A stretch of DNA of 44,849 nt from a virus: the IMG/VR virus record IMGVR_UViG_3300048915_000091. One strand, 5' to 3'. A program made the translations under genes and the position numbers. Of this stretch, positions 15,221 through 24,953 are shown piece by piece (position 1 is the stretch's first letter; each line of letters starts with the position of its first letter). The notes below the pieces were generated by a model. The model was given only the letters and a program-made list of their open reading frames with translations, ran no database searches and was not told the origin of the DNA.

Positions 15221-15904
15221 ATGGCATTGAAGTTTAAAATCAGCAAGAGCATTTACGACGCCCTTTCGGACGACGTAAAGAAGGAATACGTCGCGGGCGA
15301 AGGTGACGGCGAATACGTCCTAGACGTAACCGATCTTCCGAAGGGCGAAGACCCTGCCCCGATCAAACGGGCTCTTGAAAACGAACGCAATGCCCACAAG
15401 GAAACGAAGACGAAGCTTGGCGAGGCGACTGCCAAGATCGAAAGCTTTCCCGACGTTGAAGCGCTGAAGACGCAACACGCTGCCGAAAGCGGCAAGCTTA
15501 AGCAGTTTGCCGACAAGACGCTTCGCGATAGCGTCGCCAGTTCGATCGCGGGCAAGATTTCAACCGTGCCGTCGTTGCTCGCGCCGAAGATCGCGGAACG
15601 CATTTCGGTCGACATGTCTGGCGACGAACCGAAGACGGTTTTCCTTGGAAAAGACGGCAAGCCGGATACGTCGTTGACTGTGGAAAAAATTAGCGAAGAA
15701 TTTGTTGCAAACCCGGATTACAAGGGTATTATTATCGCATCGAAGGCTTCGGGCGGCGGTGCCCCTGGCAAGCCTTTGGTCAAGCCCTTGGGCGGCGGTG
15801 CCCCGCAAGGCGAACAAGGCAAACCGTTCAATGCCGCGAAGGCAAAGCCGACTGAACTAGTCGCTCACCTTCAGGCAAAGAAGGCAGCCGAAGCGCAAGA
15901 ATAA
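15221..15904 (+). CDS. Scaffolding protein (putative)
   Basis: Track ORF. Charged, helix-rich 227 aa immediately upstream of the capsid gene. Strong SD AAGGAAGGA. Confidence 0.65.
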   Translation: MALKFKISKSIYDALSDDVKKEYVAGEGDGEYVLDVTDLPKGEDPAPIKRALENERNAHKETKTKLGEATAKIESFPDVEALKTQHAAESGKLKQFADKTLRDSVASSIAGKISTVPSLLAPKIAERISVDMSGDEPKTVFLGKDGKPDTSLTVEKISEEFVANPDYKGIIIASKASGGGAPGKPLVKPLGGGAPQGEQGKPFNAAKAKPTELVAHLQAKKAAEAQE

Positions 15905-15955
15905 GCGCGGTTCGTCCGATTTCGGGGAATACGCGCAAGCAAGGGAATTTTTCAA

Positions 15956-16918
15956 ATGGCTCTTTCCGATCTCGCCGTATTCTCCGAATACGTCTATTCG
16001 TCGCTTTCCGAAGTCATCGCACAGCAGGTTGAACTTTTCAACAACGCTTCGGACGGCGCAATTGTTCTTCGTTCCGGCGCTCACCAGGGCGATTATTCGG
16101 ACGTTGCGCTTTGGGCGAAGATTTCCGGCCTTGTTCGGCGCCGTAACGCCTACGGTTCCGGTACGCAGGCTGCGAAGGACCTTCAGCACCTGATTGATAC
16201 GATGGTGAAGGTTGCCGCCGGTACGCCGCCGGTCAACATTCCGCCTTCCATGTTCTCTTGGATTCAGCAGAACCAGGAAGAAGGCGGCGCCGTCATCGGG
16301 CAGCAGCTTGCGGGCGATATGCTTGGCGATATGCTGAACACTTCGATCATGGCCTATGTCGCTGCGCTTGCCGGCGAAACCGATGTTACGCACGACTATT
16401 CGGCAACTGGCGTTGCGGACCTGAAGGTTCTCAACAACGGTGCCGCCAAGTTCGGCGACCGTGCGAACGATCTTCGCGCCTGGGTTCTTCATTCGAAGTC
16501 AATGTTCGATATCTTCGGCGCCGCCTTGACGAACACTGAAATTCTGTTCAATTTCGGCAACGTCAACGTTCGGCAGGACGGTTTTGGACGCCCGTTCGTC
16601 GTGACTGACAGCCCTGCGCTGGTCAATACCACGCCGAACCCCGACGTTTATCGCACCCTTGGCCTTGTCACTGGCGCGATTATCGTCGAACAGAACGGCG
16701 ACTTCGACGATAACATTCAGACTTCGAACGGCGACGAAAACATTCAGCGCACGTATCAGGCCGAATGGACCTATAACCTGGGGATCAAGGGCTATTCCTG
16801 GGACAAGACTTCGGGCGGCAAGTCGCCGAACGACGCGGCGCTTGCGACCGCGAACAATTGGGATCGTTACGCCACGTCGCACAAGGATACGGCGGGCGTT
16901 ATCATTCTCACGCAGTAA
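15956..16918 (+). CDS. Major capsid protein (putative)
   Basis: Track ORF of 320 aa. Positioned after the scaffold, with a strong SD and followed by a terminator/attenuator hairpin. Confidence 0.75.
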   Translation: MALSDLAVFSEYVYSSLSEVIAQQVELFNNASDGAIVLRSGAHQGDYSDVALWAKISGLVRRRNAYGSGTQAAKDLQHLIDTMVKVAAGTPPVNIPPSMFSWIQQNQEEGGAVIGQQLAGDMLGDMLNTSIMAYVAALAGETDVTHDYSATGVADLKVLNNGAAKFGDRANDLRAWVLHSKSMFDIFGAALTNTEILFNFGNVNVRQDGFGRPFVVTDSPALVNTTPNPDVYRTLGLVTGAIIVEQNGDFDDNIQTSNGDENIQRTYQAEWTYNLGIKGYSWDKTSGGKSPNDAALATANNWDRYATSHKDTAGVIILTQ

Positions 16919-16931
16919 TCGCCAAACGGTT

Positions 16932-16957
16932 GGGGCGGGCTTCGGTCCGCCCCTTTC
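16932..16957 (+). terminator. Terminator/attenuator after the capsid gene
   Basis: GGGGCGGGC-TTCG-GTCCGCCCC hairpin followed by the weak U-tract TTTCG. Confidence 0.6.
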
Positions 16958-17011
16958 GTCGCATTCGTATTTGGCGAGCGCGACGAAAGGCAAACCGGGA
17001 AAGTCGAAACA

Positions 17012-17419
17012 ATGGCAAAGAAGAAAATCAAGGTTCTTTATTTCATCGCAGGTTCGGCGTCGACCGCCGAAGACGATGCCGCGATTGAAAAGTACGATGC
17101 CCGGCATAACGTTTGCTATCGCAATGCGGAAATGATCGGGGACCGCGACGCCATTGAAGACTTCGATATTGTCGCTGGCGCCGTGCCGCCGCGCTATGCT
17201 GAAGCCGCCGAAGAAAAAGGCCCGTTCGTCGAACCCTCTCGCCCGACTGTACCGGCTGCCAGCGCGCCCCAGGGCAGCCCCGTGGCGCCCCCGGCGAGCG
17301 ATGCGGGCACCGGGGAAGGCGAAGGCGCTGGCGAGCCCCAGGACGCCGGAAACGCCGCCAAGCCCAAGGCCCCGGCGCCCAAGCCTGAAGCCGCGAAGGG
17401 CTGGAAGCCCAACGCCTAA
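17012..17419 (+). CDS. Head-associated protein with Pro/Ala-rich tail (decoration-like)
   Basis: Track ORF. The N-terminal about 65 aa are paralogous to the next gene. The C-terminal half is low-complexity P/A/G/E. Confidence 0.6.
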   Translation: MAKKKIKVLYFIAGSASTAEDDAAIEKYDARHNVCYRNAEMIGDRDAIEDFDIVAGAVPPRYAEAAEEKGPFVEPSRPTVPAASAPQGSPVAPPASDAGTGEGEGAGEPQDAGNAAKPKAPAPKPEAAKGWKPNA

Positions 17420-17434
17420 ACGAAGGGAAGTCAA

Positions 17435-17992
17435 ATGGCCCGTAAAGTTCTCTATTTCACGGCAGGCATGGAAGCGACGGCAGACGAAGCTGCCGAAATC
17501 GCCGCTATCGTCGGCAACGTGCAAATTCGCAACGCGCTTGTACCGGCGACGTACGGCGAGGGGCGACTTGAACCCGCCGACGCGCTTGCCGGTGCGATCC
17601 CTGCCGCATACCTTACCGCTTCCGGTGGAACCGCCGTCGATACGGCGCTTTATCCCGACGGCGACGTAACGCCGAACAACACTGTCGGCATTGCCGCGCT
17701 GAAGGTTTTCAACCTTGGCGGCAATATCACCGCGAATGGTGGAACGCGGCAGATGGTCGCGGTCAAGGCGGTTTACGATCCCGAAACCGGCGGCGTTGTC
17801 CTTACCGACGTAACCACGGCTTGCGCTTGGACTTCGGCAACGACCGGCAAGGGCACCGTCGGCGCGTCGACCGGCATTGTTACCGGCGCCAATGGCGGCG
17901 CGGGTACGTCGGTTATTACCGCGTCGTACGATTGGGACGGCGCTGGCAGCGAAACGCCGTTGACCGCAACCGCAACCGCGACGTTCGCATAA
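17435..17992 (+). CDS. Head-associated protein with Ig-like (Big_2-like) C-terminal domain
   Basis: Track ORF. N-terminus is paralogous to 17012..17419. C-terminal GGTRQMVAVKAVYDPETGGVVLTDVTTACAWTSATTGKGTVGASTGIVTGANGGAGTSVITASY resembles bacterial Ig-like domains. Confidence 0.6.
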   Translation: MARKVLYFTAGMEATADEAAEIAAIVGNVQIRNALVPATYGEGRLEPADALAGAIPAAYLTASGGTAVDTALYPDGDVTPNNTVGIAALKVFNLGGNITANGGTRQMVAVKAVYDPETGGVVLTDVTTACAWTSATTGKGTVGASTGIVTGANGGAGTSVITASYDWDGAGSETPLTATATATFA

Positions 17993-18011
17993 GCTTGACG
18001 GGGGACGCCGC

Positions 18012-18503
18012 GTGCCGCTGACTATCGAAGACGGAACGAACGTTGCAGATGCTAACAGCTATGTGACGCGAGCCGAAATCATCGCATATGCAGCGGCGCG
18101 CGGCGTAACTATTGCCGACGATGCCGGAACCGACGTGCTTGCCATCAAGGCGATGGACTTTATCGAAAGCCGTCGCTTTAACGGCGAGCGCGTCAACGGG
18201 CTTGAACAGCCTTTAGAATGGCCGCGCAAGTACGTAATCATCGGCGAAGAAGAACTTCCGACGGATACGATACCGAAGGCAATTAAGAAGGCCGAAAGCG
18301 AAGCCGTTCTTTTGCTTTCCCAGGGCATCGAACTAATGCCCAATCGGAATACCGACGCTTACGTTAAAAGCGAAAAAGTAGGACCGATCGAAACGGAATA
18401 CTTCGGCGCCCCGAACGTCGTACCGACAACGCCGACGCTTGACGCGATCTTGCGGCCTTATGTTGTGGGCATCGGGTTCGGCATCAACGTTATTCGCGGC
18501 TAA
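18012..18503 (+). CDS. Head-tail connector (gp6 / DnaT-like adaptor family)
   Basis: Track ORF with a GTG start. N-terminal ADANSYVTRAEIIAYAAARG is typical of head-tail adaptor proteins. Confidence 0.65.
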   Translation: MPLTIEDGTNVADANSYVTRAEIIAYAAARGVTIADDAGTDVLAIKAMDFIESRRFNGERVNGLEQPLEWPRKYVIIGEEELPTDTIPKAIKKAESEAVLLLSQGIELMPNRNTDAYVKSEKVGPIETEYFGAPNVVPTTPTLDAILRPYVVGIGFGINVIRG

Positions 18504-18889
18504 TGGGCTATTCAGGCGCCATCGCGACCGCGCTTCGGCTTATCGCTGCCAAGGGCGGCGCTTGTGTGTGGCGCAAGCCTGGGGCTCACGATAGCGGCGC
18601 CGAAGATTGGCGCGACGTTCGCAGCGGTTCGCCGGACGATCACGACGTAAAAATTGCATGGTTTCGACCGCGCGACTTGGGATACGGTCGAACAGAATTT
18701 TTGCGTTCGATACCTGATACCGAAATTGCCGAAGGTTTCGAAGTCGGCCTTATGGCAGGCGGAACGGATTTCGAGCCTGAATTAACCGACGTTGTTGTTC
18801 GCAATAGCGTTCCTTCGGAAATAGGCTATCTTGACCGCCTCGCGCCGGACGGTACGCCGGTTGTTTGGTTCGTTTGGGTTAAAATCTAA
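18503..18889 (+). CDS. Head closure / neck protein (putative)
   Basis: Track ORF. TAATG junctions on both sides. Assigned by position in the connector block. Confidence 0.5.
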   Translation: MGYSGAIATALRLIAAKGGACVWRKPGAHDSGAEDWRDVRSGSPDDHDVKIAWFRPRDLGYGRTEFLRSIPDTEIAEGFEVGLMAGGTDFEPELTDVVVRNSVPSEIGYLDRLAPDGTPVVWFVWVKI

Positions 18890-19386
18890 TGCCGATCGCA
18901 AACCCCTTGCAAGCACGCGATGAAATGTTCGGCCTGTTTAATACAGGTTGGGCAATCGCTGATTTGGCCGATCCGAAACCGCCTATTCGTTGGCAAGGGT
19001 TCGAAAAAGGCGCCGTTCCCGAAACTGATTTTGTTCGCGTTTCTATTCAGAATGCGAAGCAAGTTCAAGGCGGCTTCCTTTCGTACGAAGACCCCGGCCC
19101 AAGCAAGATTTGCTATGACGCTTCCGGCCTTGTCTTCGTTCAAGTCTTTGCCTTGCGCAGCAAGGCGGACAGCTATCGCTTAGGCGAGCGCATGGCGATC
19201 GAAGCCCGCAACATTTTTCGGGGAATTCAAACGCCCAATGGTGTATGGTTTCGGAATTGCCGCTATGAAGAACTAGCGCCCGAAGAAAAATTTTATCGCT
19301 GGAAAGTTACCGCCGAATTCGAATATACGGAAAACGCCAGCGCGAACACGATCCAGGCGCCCGAAGCGACCAATTGGCAGGCGTAA
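18889..19386 (+). CDS. Tail terminator / tail completion protein (putative)
   Basis: Track ORF. It is the last gene before the tail tube gene. Confidence 0.5.
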   Translation: MPIANPLQARDEMFGLFNTGWAIADLADPKPPIRWQGFEKGAVPETDFVRVSIQNAKQVQGGFLSYEDPGPSKICYDASGLVFVQVFALRSKADSYRLGERMAIEARNIFRGIQTPNGVWFRNCRYEELAPEEKFYRWKVTAEFEYTENASANTIQAPEATNWQA

Positions 19387-19405
19387 ACTAATAGGAGCCG
19401 GTTAA

Positions 19406-20917
19406 ATGACGGTTGAAAAGCAAGACAGCAACAACGTTGGACTGTTCATCGCACGCGAAGAAAGCAATCGCGTTCTTCCCGGCTCGCCGGAATGGGCAAC
19501 GCGCGAACCGAATTCGTTCAACGATATGGGCGGCGAATATACGCTTCTCGCGCGTCGACCGTTCAACCCTTCGCGGCAGCGTCTGAAAGGCGGCATTGTC
19601 GACCTTGACGCAAACGGCGGTTGGAACGAAGACGTTACGCTAGGCAACATGCTGCCCACAATCGAAGCGTTTTGCTTCGCAGCGGCCCGCAAGAAGGGGC
19701 ATTCGATCAACGTCGCGGCTGTTGCCGCAACCGACGACTTCACCGTTGACAGTTCGGCGGATTTCCTCGCCGGATCGTTGATCTTTGCCGAAGGCTTCGA
19801 CAACACCGCGAACAACGGCCTTCACGTTTGCAACGGCATTACCGACGGTACGCACGTTTCGACTTCTTCGGCGCTTGCCGACGAAGGCGCAGCGGCTGCG
19901 CAGACTGTAACCGTTGTCGGCTATCAGTTCCCGGCGGCGGACGTTGTTGCATCGATCGTCGGCGGAACTTACGTCCTTACTTCTTCGACGATCAATCCGA
20001 CGACCTTCGGCCTTATCCCCGGGGAATGGGTTTTCGTCGGCGGCGATGCTGGCGCAAACCAGTTCAACGACACGGCGGGCCAGTACGGGTACGCTCGCGT
20101 CAAGTCGGTTTCGTCGACTGCGATCGTTTTCGACAAGACGACTTTTGCCGCTGCCGCAGATACTGGCGTCGGTACGACGCTTCGTATCTTCTTCGGCACC
20201 GTCATTCGCAACGAAGACGATCCCGACTTGATCGTAAAATATACCCATACGATCGAACGCACGCTTGGCCGCGACGCCGACGGGCGGCAGTCCGAATATA
20301 TTGACGGGTTCGTTTTTAACGAACTCACTTGGACTTCGCCGCTTACCGACAAGGTTAGCGTTGACGTGACCGGCATTGGCGCAAGCTATCATACGCGCAC
20401 CGGCGCCGACGGGCCGCTTTCGGCGGCTTCTGGGACGATCCTGCCCGCCCCTGGCGAAGACCCGATTAACACGTCGAAGAATGTTTATCGCATTCGCATG
20501 GCCAAGGTTGATCCGGCAACGCTCAATCCGACTTCGCTGTTCGCCCGCATTACCGAATGGAAGGGCACGATTAAGAACAACGTTTCGGCTGCGAAGGCAC
20601 AAGGCACGCTAGGCGCTTTCGATACGACCGCTGGCGTTTTCGAAGTCGACATTGAAGCGAGCGCGTATTTCGCGACTGTTTCGCCGATGACTTCGATCGA
20701 AGAAAACGACGACGTTACGTTCGACGCGATTTACGCGGCGAGGAACAAGGCTATCGTTGCAGACTTCCCGCTTATCGCCCTGGGTGGCGGTCGGCTGAAG
20801 GTCGACATGGATAAGCCGATTATGGTTCCGCTGAAGAACAGCGCAGCCGAAAGCGTCTTTGGCCATACCGTCCTTTTCAACTTCTTTCCGTATGTGCCTA
20901 GTGTGGGCAACGCCTAA
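19406..20917 (+). CDS. Major tail tube protein (large, 503 aa)
   Basis: Track ORF. It immediately precedes the G/GT chaperone pair, as in siphoviruses. Strong SD AGGAG and a strong terminator follow the pattern of a highly expressed gene. Confidence 0.7.
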   Translation: MTVEKQDSNNVGLFIAREESNRVLPGSPEWATREPNSFNDMGGEYTLLARRPFNPSRQRLKGGIVDLDANGGWNEDVTLGNMLPTIEAFCFAAARKKGHSINVAAVAATDDFTVDSSADFLAGSLIFAEGFDNTANNGLHVCNGITDGTHVSTSSALADEGAAAAQTVTVVGYQFPAADVVASIVGGTYVLTSSTINPTTFGLIPGEWVFVGGDAGANQFNDTAGQYGYARVKSVSSTAIVFDKTTFAAAADTGVGTTLRIFFGTVIRNEDDPDLIVKYTHTIERTLGRDADGRQSEYIDGFVFNELTWTSPLTDKVSVDVTGIGASYHTRTGADGPLSAASGTILPAPGEDPINTSKNVYRIRMAKVDPATLNPTSLFARITEWKGTIKNNVSAAKAQGTLGAFDTTAGVFEVDIEASAYFATVSPMTSIEENDDVTFDAIYAARNKAIVADFPLIALGGGRLKVDMDKPIMVPLKNSAAESVFGHTVLFNFFPYVPSVGNA

Positions 20918-20953
20918 TCGGCATTGCTTCGCATTCGATACAGGGTTAGGGAT

Positions 20954-20987
20954 AAGGGGCAGGCTTCGGCTTGCCCCTTTTTTCTTT
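20954..20987 (+). terminator. Rho-independent terminator after the tail tube gene
   Basis: AAGGGGCAGGC-TTCG-GCTTGCCCCTT hairpin followed by TTTTCTTT. Confidence 0.85.
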
Positions 20988-21000
20988 GGAAGGACAAATA

Positions 21001-21456
21001 ATGGGACTTCGTAACACTTTCAAGACGAATTCGACGAAGGAAACCGAAGGCGTCGAAATCCCCGTTGCCGTCAACGATCACAACGGCAAGCCGATTACAA
21101 TTCGTGTTTCGCGTATGTCGCGTTCGAACAAGCGTTATACCAAGGCGCTTGAAGAAGCGACCCGCCCGCATAGCGCGGCAATCGCTAACGAAACACTCGA
21201 TAACGAACTCGGCGCAAAGCTTCTTCAGGAAGTCTTCGTTGATACCGTTCTTCTCGGCTGGTCGAACCTTCCGAAGTCGGAATTGACCGGCAACAACGAA
21301 GACACTTCGAATCTTCCGTTCACTCGCGAAAACGCGCTGAAGCTGTTCGAAGAAATGCCGGACCTGTACGACAATTGGGAAGCCCATGCCAAGCGCGCGG
21401 CGAACTTCCGCGATAGCGAACGGGAAGACAACGCGGGAAACTCGCAAAAGCCCTAA
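21001..21456 (+). CDS. Tail assembly chaperone (gpG-like)
   Basis: Internal ATG of track ORF 20971..21456, after GGAAGGA. It sits between the tail tube and tape measure genes and has an acidic C-terminus. It contains the slippery heptamer. Confidence 0.75.
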   Translation: MGLRNTFKTNSTKETEGVEIPVAVNDHNGKPITIRVSRMSRSNKRYTKALEEATRPHSAAIANETLDNELGAKLLQEVFVDTVLLGWSNLPKSELTGNNEDTSNLPFTRENALKLFEEMPDLYDNWEAHAKRAANFRDSEREDNAGNSQKP

Positions 21457-21794
21457 TTCACGCCGTTAAGTGGCCTGAAGATAGGGCGTTACGCGAACGG
21501 CAGGAATGCGCTAGGTTCAACGAACCGTTACCGTTGGACCTAGCAAATCCCCCAAGGCTAAGGCTAGGGCTTGCACTTTATTTTAACGCTTGGTTCGAAC
21601 TTGATTTTGAAAGGGACGCGAGCGAATACGAAGCTATAAAACGTTCGTCTTGTTTCGCTTACGCCCAAGATTACGAATTCGACGAATGGCAGCGTGAAGA
21701 CCTTTGGTATTACGTTTGTCGCATGGATCGCGAATATTTGAAATATCGAAGGTCAATCGCACCTAAGGCGGAAAACAATGGCAACGTTGGCTGA
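21001..21794 (+). CDS. Tail assembly chaperone frameshift product (gpGT-like), -1 shift at 21435-21441
   Basis: The -1 frame is open from 21417 to 21794 (verified codon by codon) and overlaps the end of the G frame. G_GGA_AAC lies in the correct phase. Confidence 0.7.
21435..21441 (+). promoter_or_regulatory. -1 programmed ribosomal frameshift slippery heptamer G GGA AAC
   Basis: X_XXY_YYZ is in the zero frame of the chaperone gene (codons GCG GGA AAC), 13 nt before its stop. Confidence 0.7.
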
Positions 21795-22224
21795 TCTAGC
21801 GAAACGAACCCGCAAGATTGACAAGGAATTGCCGGACCGTGTTTCGGCGCTTACCGTTGCAGTTACGCTAGAACTTGTCGAAGACTTGGCCGCGATCGAA
21901 ACGCCTGTTGACACGTCCCAAGCGTTGTCTAACTGGCAAGCCTCTTTCGGGTTCCGTCCTGACAGCTTCCTGCCGCCATACGTCGAAGGCGAAGGAGGTT
22001 CGTCGCGAACGCAAAGCGCCGAAGCAACGTTGAACATTGCCGAATATTCCCTTGAAGGTCGAAAACTTGGACAGGTTATTTACTTGTCGAACAATGCCCC
22101 TTATATTGTCGACTTGAACAACGGTTCTTCAAAACAAGCGCCTTCTGGTTGGGTTCAAACTTCGATAATTAATGCGAAGAAGTTCGCTCAAACGCTTAAA
22201 GGCACATTGTTAAAAGGCTTGTGA
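21778..22224 (+). CDS. HK97 gp10-like tail/neck component
   Basis: Track ORF. ETPVDTSQALSNWQ resembles the gp10-family PvDTG.L..S motif. Unusual position between GT and the tape measure gene. Confidence 0.5.
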   Translation: MATLADLAKRTRKIDKELPDRVSALTVAVTLELVEDLAAIETPVDTSQALSNWQASFGFRPDSFLPPYVEGEGGSSRTQSAEATLNIAEYSLEGRKLGQVIYLSNNAPYIVDLNNGSSKQAPSGWVQTSIINAKKFAQTLKGTLLKGL

Positions 22225-22225
22225 T

Positions 22226-24952
22226 ATGGCGGACGATCGAATTGATATTGAAATCAACGATAAGATCGACGCTAACATTTCGAAGAAGCTTCGGGATATT
22301 GCGACCGGCGCCGACGCTGGCGAAAGTTCCGTTAAGAAGCTGAAAGACGCTCTTGCGACGGTTACGGATACGCCAACGAAGAAGCTTAAGGACGCGACCG
22401 ATAACGCGACAAGTTCGCTTAACAAAGAATTGACCGCGCAAACCAAGGTCAAAGCTGCCCACGATACAACGACGGTTTCGATCGATAAGGAAGTTGCGGC
22501 GCAACAGCGGTTGTCCAAGGTTATCGACGAAACAATTGCCCGGTACAATGCCCAGGCAGCCGCAGCGAGCCGTTCAGGGCCGATCGCAGGCCCGACGGGA
22601 TCGAAGGCCCTGGCAGCCGCGCAAACCGCTGGCATGGCGTCCGGCTTGACGCCTGGGGAGCAAGCGGCGGCGCTCACGGCGAGCAATGCAGCGGCGGCGA
22701 ACTTCAAGGGCTTTCTAGGTTCCGGCGGGGCCGAAAAGGTCGAACAGGAAGCGAAGTCGGTCGCAAGCCTTGGCGCGTCGGCAAAGCTGAATTCAACGGC
22801 GATCCGCGAATTGTTCGTACTCGCACGCGAAGGCGGACGCGGCGACTTTACGCGCATGGCCGGTTCCGTAACCGTCCTGGCGGGCGCCCTTGGCATTCTT
22901 GAAACCGTCATGTTGCCTGTTGCGATCACGCTTGGCGTTGTCGCTGGCGCAATGAAGCTGTTTCAATTGTCAATTGCAAGCGAAGCCAATCCGCAGCTTC
23001 AGGCGTACGCTAACACGCTTGGTTTGACGCATAAGGAAATGCGCAAGCTTGGCGATGAAACGCTAGGCGCAAACGGCAAGCTTAAGGAATTCAACACCGT
23101 TCAACTTCAGTTCGCCGACGTATGGCACGGACTTATGAAGACGGTTTCTGATTACACGGGCGTAAAGGACGCTCTTGGCAATCTGAAAAAGAATACTTTG
23201 TCAGTGCTAGACGACCTTGTTAAAGGTGCGGTAAACGCGACCGCTGGTATTTACGCGGCATTTGTGGGCACTTACGAAGTTATTCGCAAAGGCTGGTCGA
23301 ACCTTCCAGGGTTATTCGAAGTCTTCTTTATCGCGTGCGCTAACGAAGCGATAAAAGACCTTGAAACGATCGCGAATATGTCAATTAGCGTGCTGAACGG
23401 CATTGCCCAAGGCATTAACAAGGTTTTCGGATCGAATATTGCGCAGATTGCCGATGTGCATATTCCGCGCCTGAAAGCTGCAACAGGATCGTCGGCGGAA
23501 GATATCGGAAATACGTACAATGCCGCCTTTAACAGGGCCAAAGCTGGAATGACCGGCTTTTATAACGATTGGAAAAAGAACAGCATTCAGGCTGCGAAGG
23601 ATCGGCTTCGCGAGGAAGCGAACGCGGTAATCAACAACCGCAATCCGAAGAAGCCTAGCAACGCCGATCCCAAGACGAAAGCGGATTACCTTAACGACGA
23701 AAACAAGAAGCTTGACGACGAACTTAACCGTATGCACATGTTGAAGGATGCGCGCGAAGAACAGCAACGGCTTGACCAAATCGAAGAAGAATTCTTGAAG
23801 CGTCGTATGCCGTTGAATGCCCAGGAAATCCAAAGCTTCGCGGCGAAGATACACGCGATCCAAGAATACAAGTACGTTCAAGCCGAAATGGACAAGATAT
23901 ATACCGCTGTGATCGGGCCGCAGCGCGATTTCAACGCGTCCGTTGCAGCCGCAAACGAATTGCTAACCAAGGGCGCGATAAGCCTTGACGATTACAACAA
24001 GCAACTTGTTCTCGCTGGTCGCAAGCTTGCCGAAGCGAAAGACCCGTTGTTTCAGTTGAAAGAGGCGATGAACACCGCCGAAGCGGCAACCCACAATTAC
24101 GGCGATCAGGTCCAGAAGGCAAATTATTACGAACAAATTCGCCAAGCGATGCTGAAGGACGGCGTTGTTCTTTCGATGAATTACGTTGCAGGCGTAAACA
24201 GCGAAGTCGACGCGCTTATGCGTCGCAACGCCGCTTTGCAGCAATCGCAATTCGTCCAATCGCAAGTCGGTTCCGTTGTAAATCCAATACTTGAAGATCA
24301 AAAAATGCGAGACAGCAAAGCCGCTGTTTACGCTGAAATTGATCGGCTTCGTAAAATGGATGTGCTGAACGAAGAACAAGCGCAGCGAGCGAAGCTTGCC
24401 TTTCAAATCAAGGCGGACGAACAGCGTCTTGGGGCAGCATCGGACTTCTTCGGCGCACTTGCCGACGTTACGAAAGGCGGCAATGGCGCAATCGGCGCGA
24501 TCAACAAGGCGGCGGCAATCGCGCAAGCGACTATCGACGGCTTCGTTGCGACGCAAAAGGCGCTTGCATCGGCTCCGCCGCCCTGGAACTTCGTCGCGGC
24601 TGCCGCCGTCGCGCTCAAAACGGGCATGATGGTTGCAAAGATCGCGTCAACCAATGTGGGCAGCTATCAGAACGGCGGCGCCTTCATTGTCGACGGCAGA
24701 GCGGGCGTTGATCGCAACAATATCAATATGAACGTTTCGCGCGGCGAGCGCGTGACGATCGAAACCCCTGCGCAACAGCGGGCGAGCGATAAGAACGGGG
24801 GCGGAACGAACGTTTCGGTTAACCCGAAGATCGTCAACCTTTTTGACGAAAAGTCTTTCGTCGGCGCAATGGATAGCGAAGACGGCGAAGAAGTGATTAT
24901 GAACGTAATCGCCCGTCGTAAATCGGACGTTAAGCAAATGATGGGCGGATAA
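22226..24952 (+). CDS. Tape measure protein
   Basis: Track ORF of 908 aa. Ala/Gly-rich with a hydrophobic central segment and long coiled-coil regions. Positioned after G/GT. Confidence 0.9.
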   Translation: MADDRIDIEINDKIDANISKKLRDIATGADAGESSVKKLKDALATVTDTPTKKLKDATDNATSSLNKELTAQTKVKAAHDTTTVSIDKEVAAQQRLSKVIDETIARYNAQAAAASRSGPIAGPTGSKALAAAQTAGMASGLTPGEQAAALTASNAAAANFKGFLGSGGAEKVEQEAKSVASLGASAKLNSTAIRELFVLAREGGRGDFTRMAGSVTVLAGALGILETVMLPVAITLGVVAGAMKLFQLSIASEANPQLQAYANTLGLTHKEMRKLGDETLGANGKLKEFNTVQLQFADVWHGLMKTVSDYTGVKDALGNLKKNTLSVLDDLVKGAVNATAGIYAAFVGTYEVIRKGWSNLPGLFEVFFIACANEAIKDLETIANMSISVLNGIAQGINKVFGSNIAQIADVHIPRLKAATGSSAEDIGNTYNAAFNRAKAGMTGFYNDWKKNSIQAAKDRLREEANAVINNRNPKKPSNADPKTKADYLNDENKKLDDELNRMHMLKDAREEQQRLDQIEEEFLKRRMPLNAQEIQSFAAKIHAIQEYKYVQAEMDKIYTAVIGPQRDFNASVAAANELLTKGAISLDDYNKQLVLAGRKLAEAKDPLFQLKEAMNTAEAATHNYGDQVQKANYYEQIRQAMLKDGVVLSMNYVAGVNSEVDALMRRNAALQQSQFVQSQVGSVVNPILEDQKMRDSKAAVYAEIDRLRKMDVLNEEQAQRAKLAFQIKADEQRLGAASDFFGALADVTKGGNGAIGAINKAAAIAQATIDGFVATQKALASAPPPWNFVAAAAVALKTGMMVAKIASTNVGSYQNGGAFIVDGRAGVDRNNINMNVSRGERVTIETPAQQRASDKNGGGTNVSVNPKIVNLFDEKSFVGAMDSEDGEEVIMNVIARRKSDVKQMMGG

Positions 24953-24953
24953 C

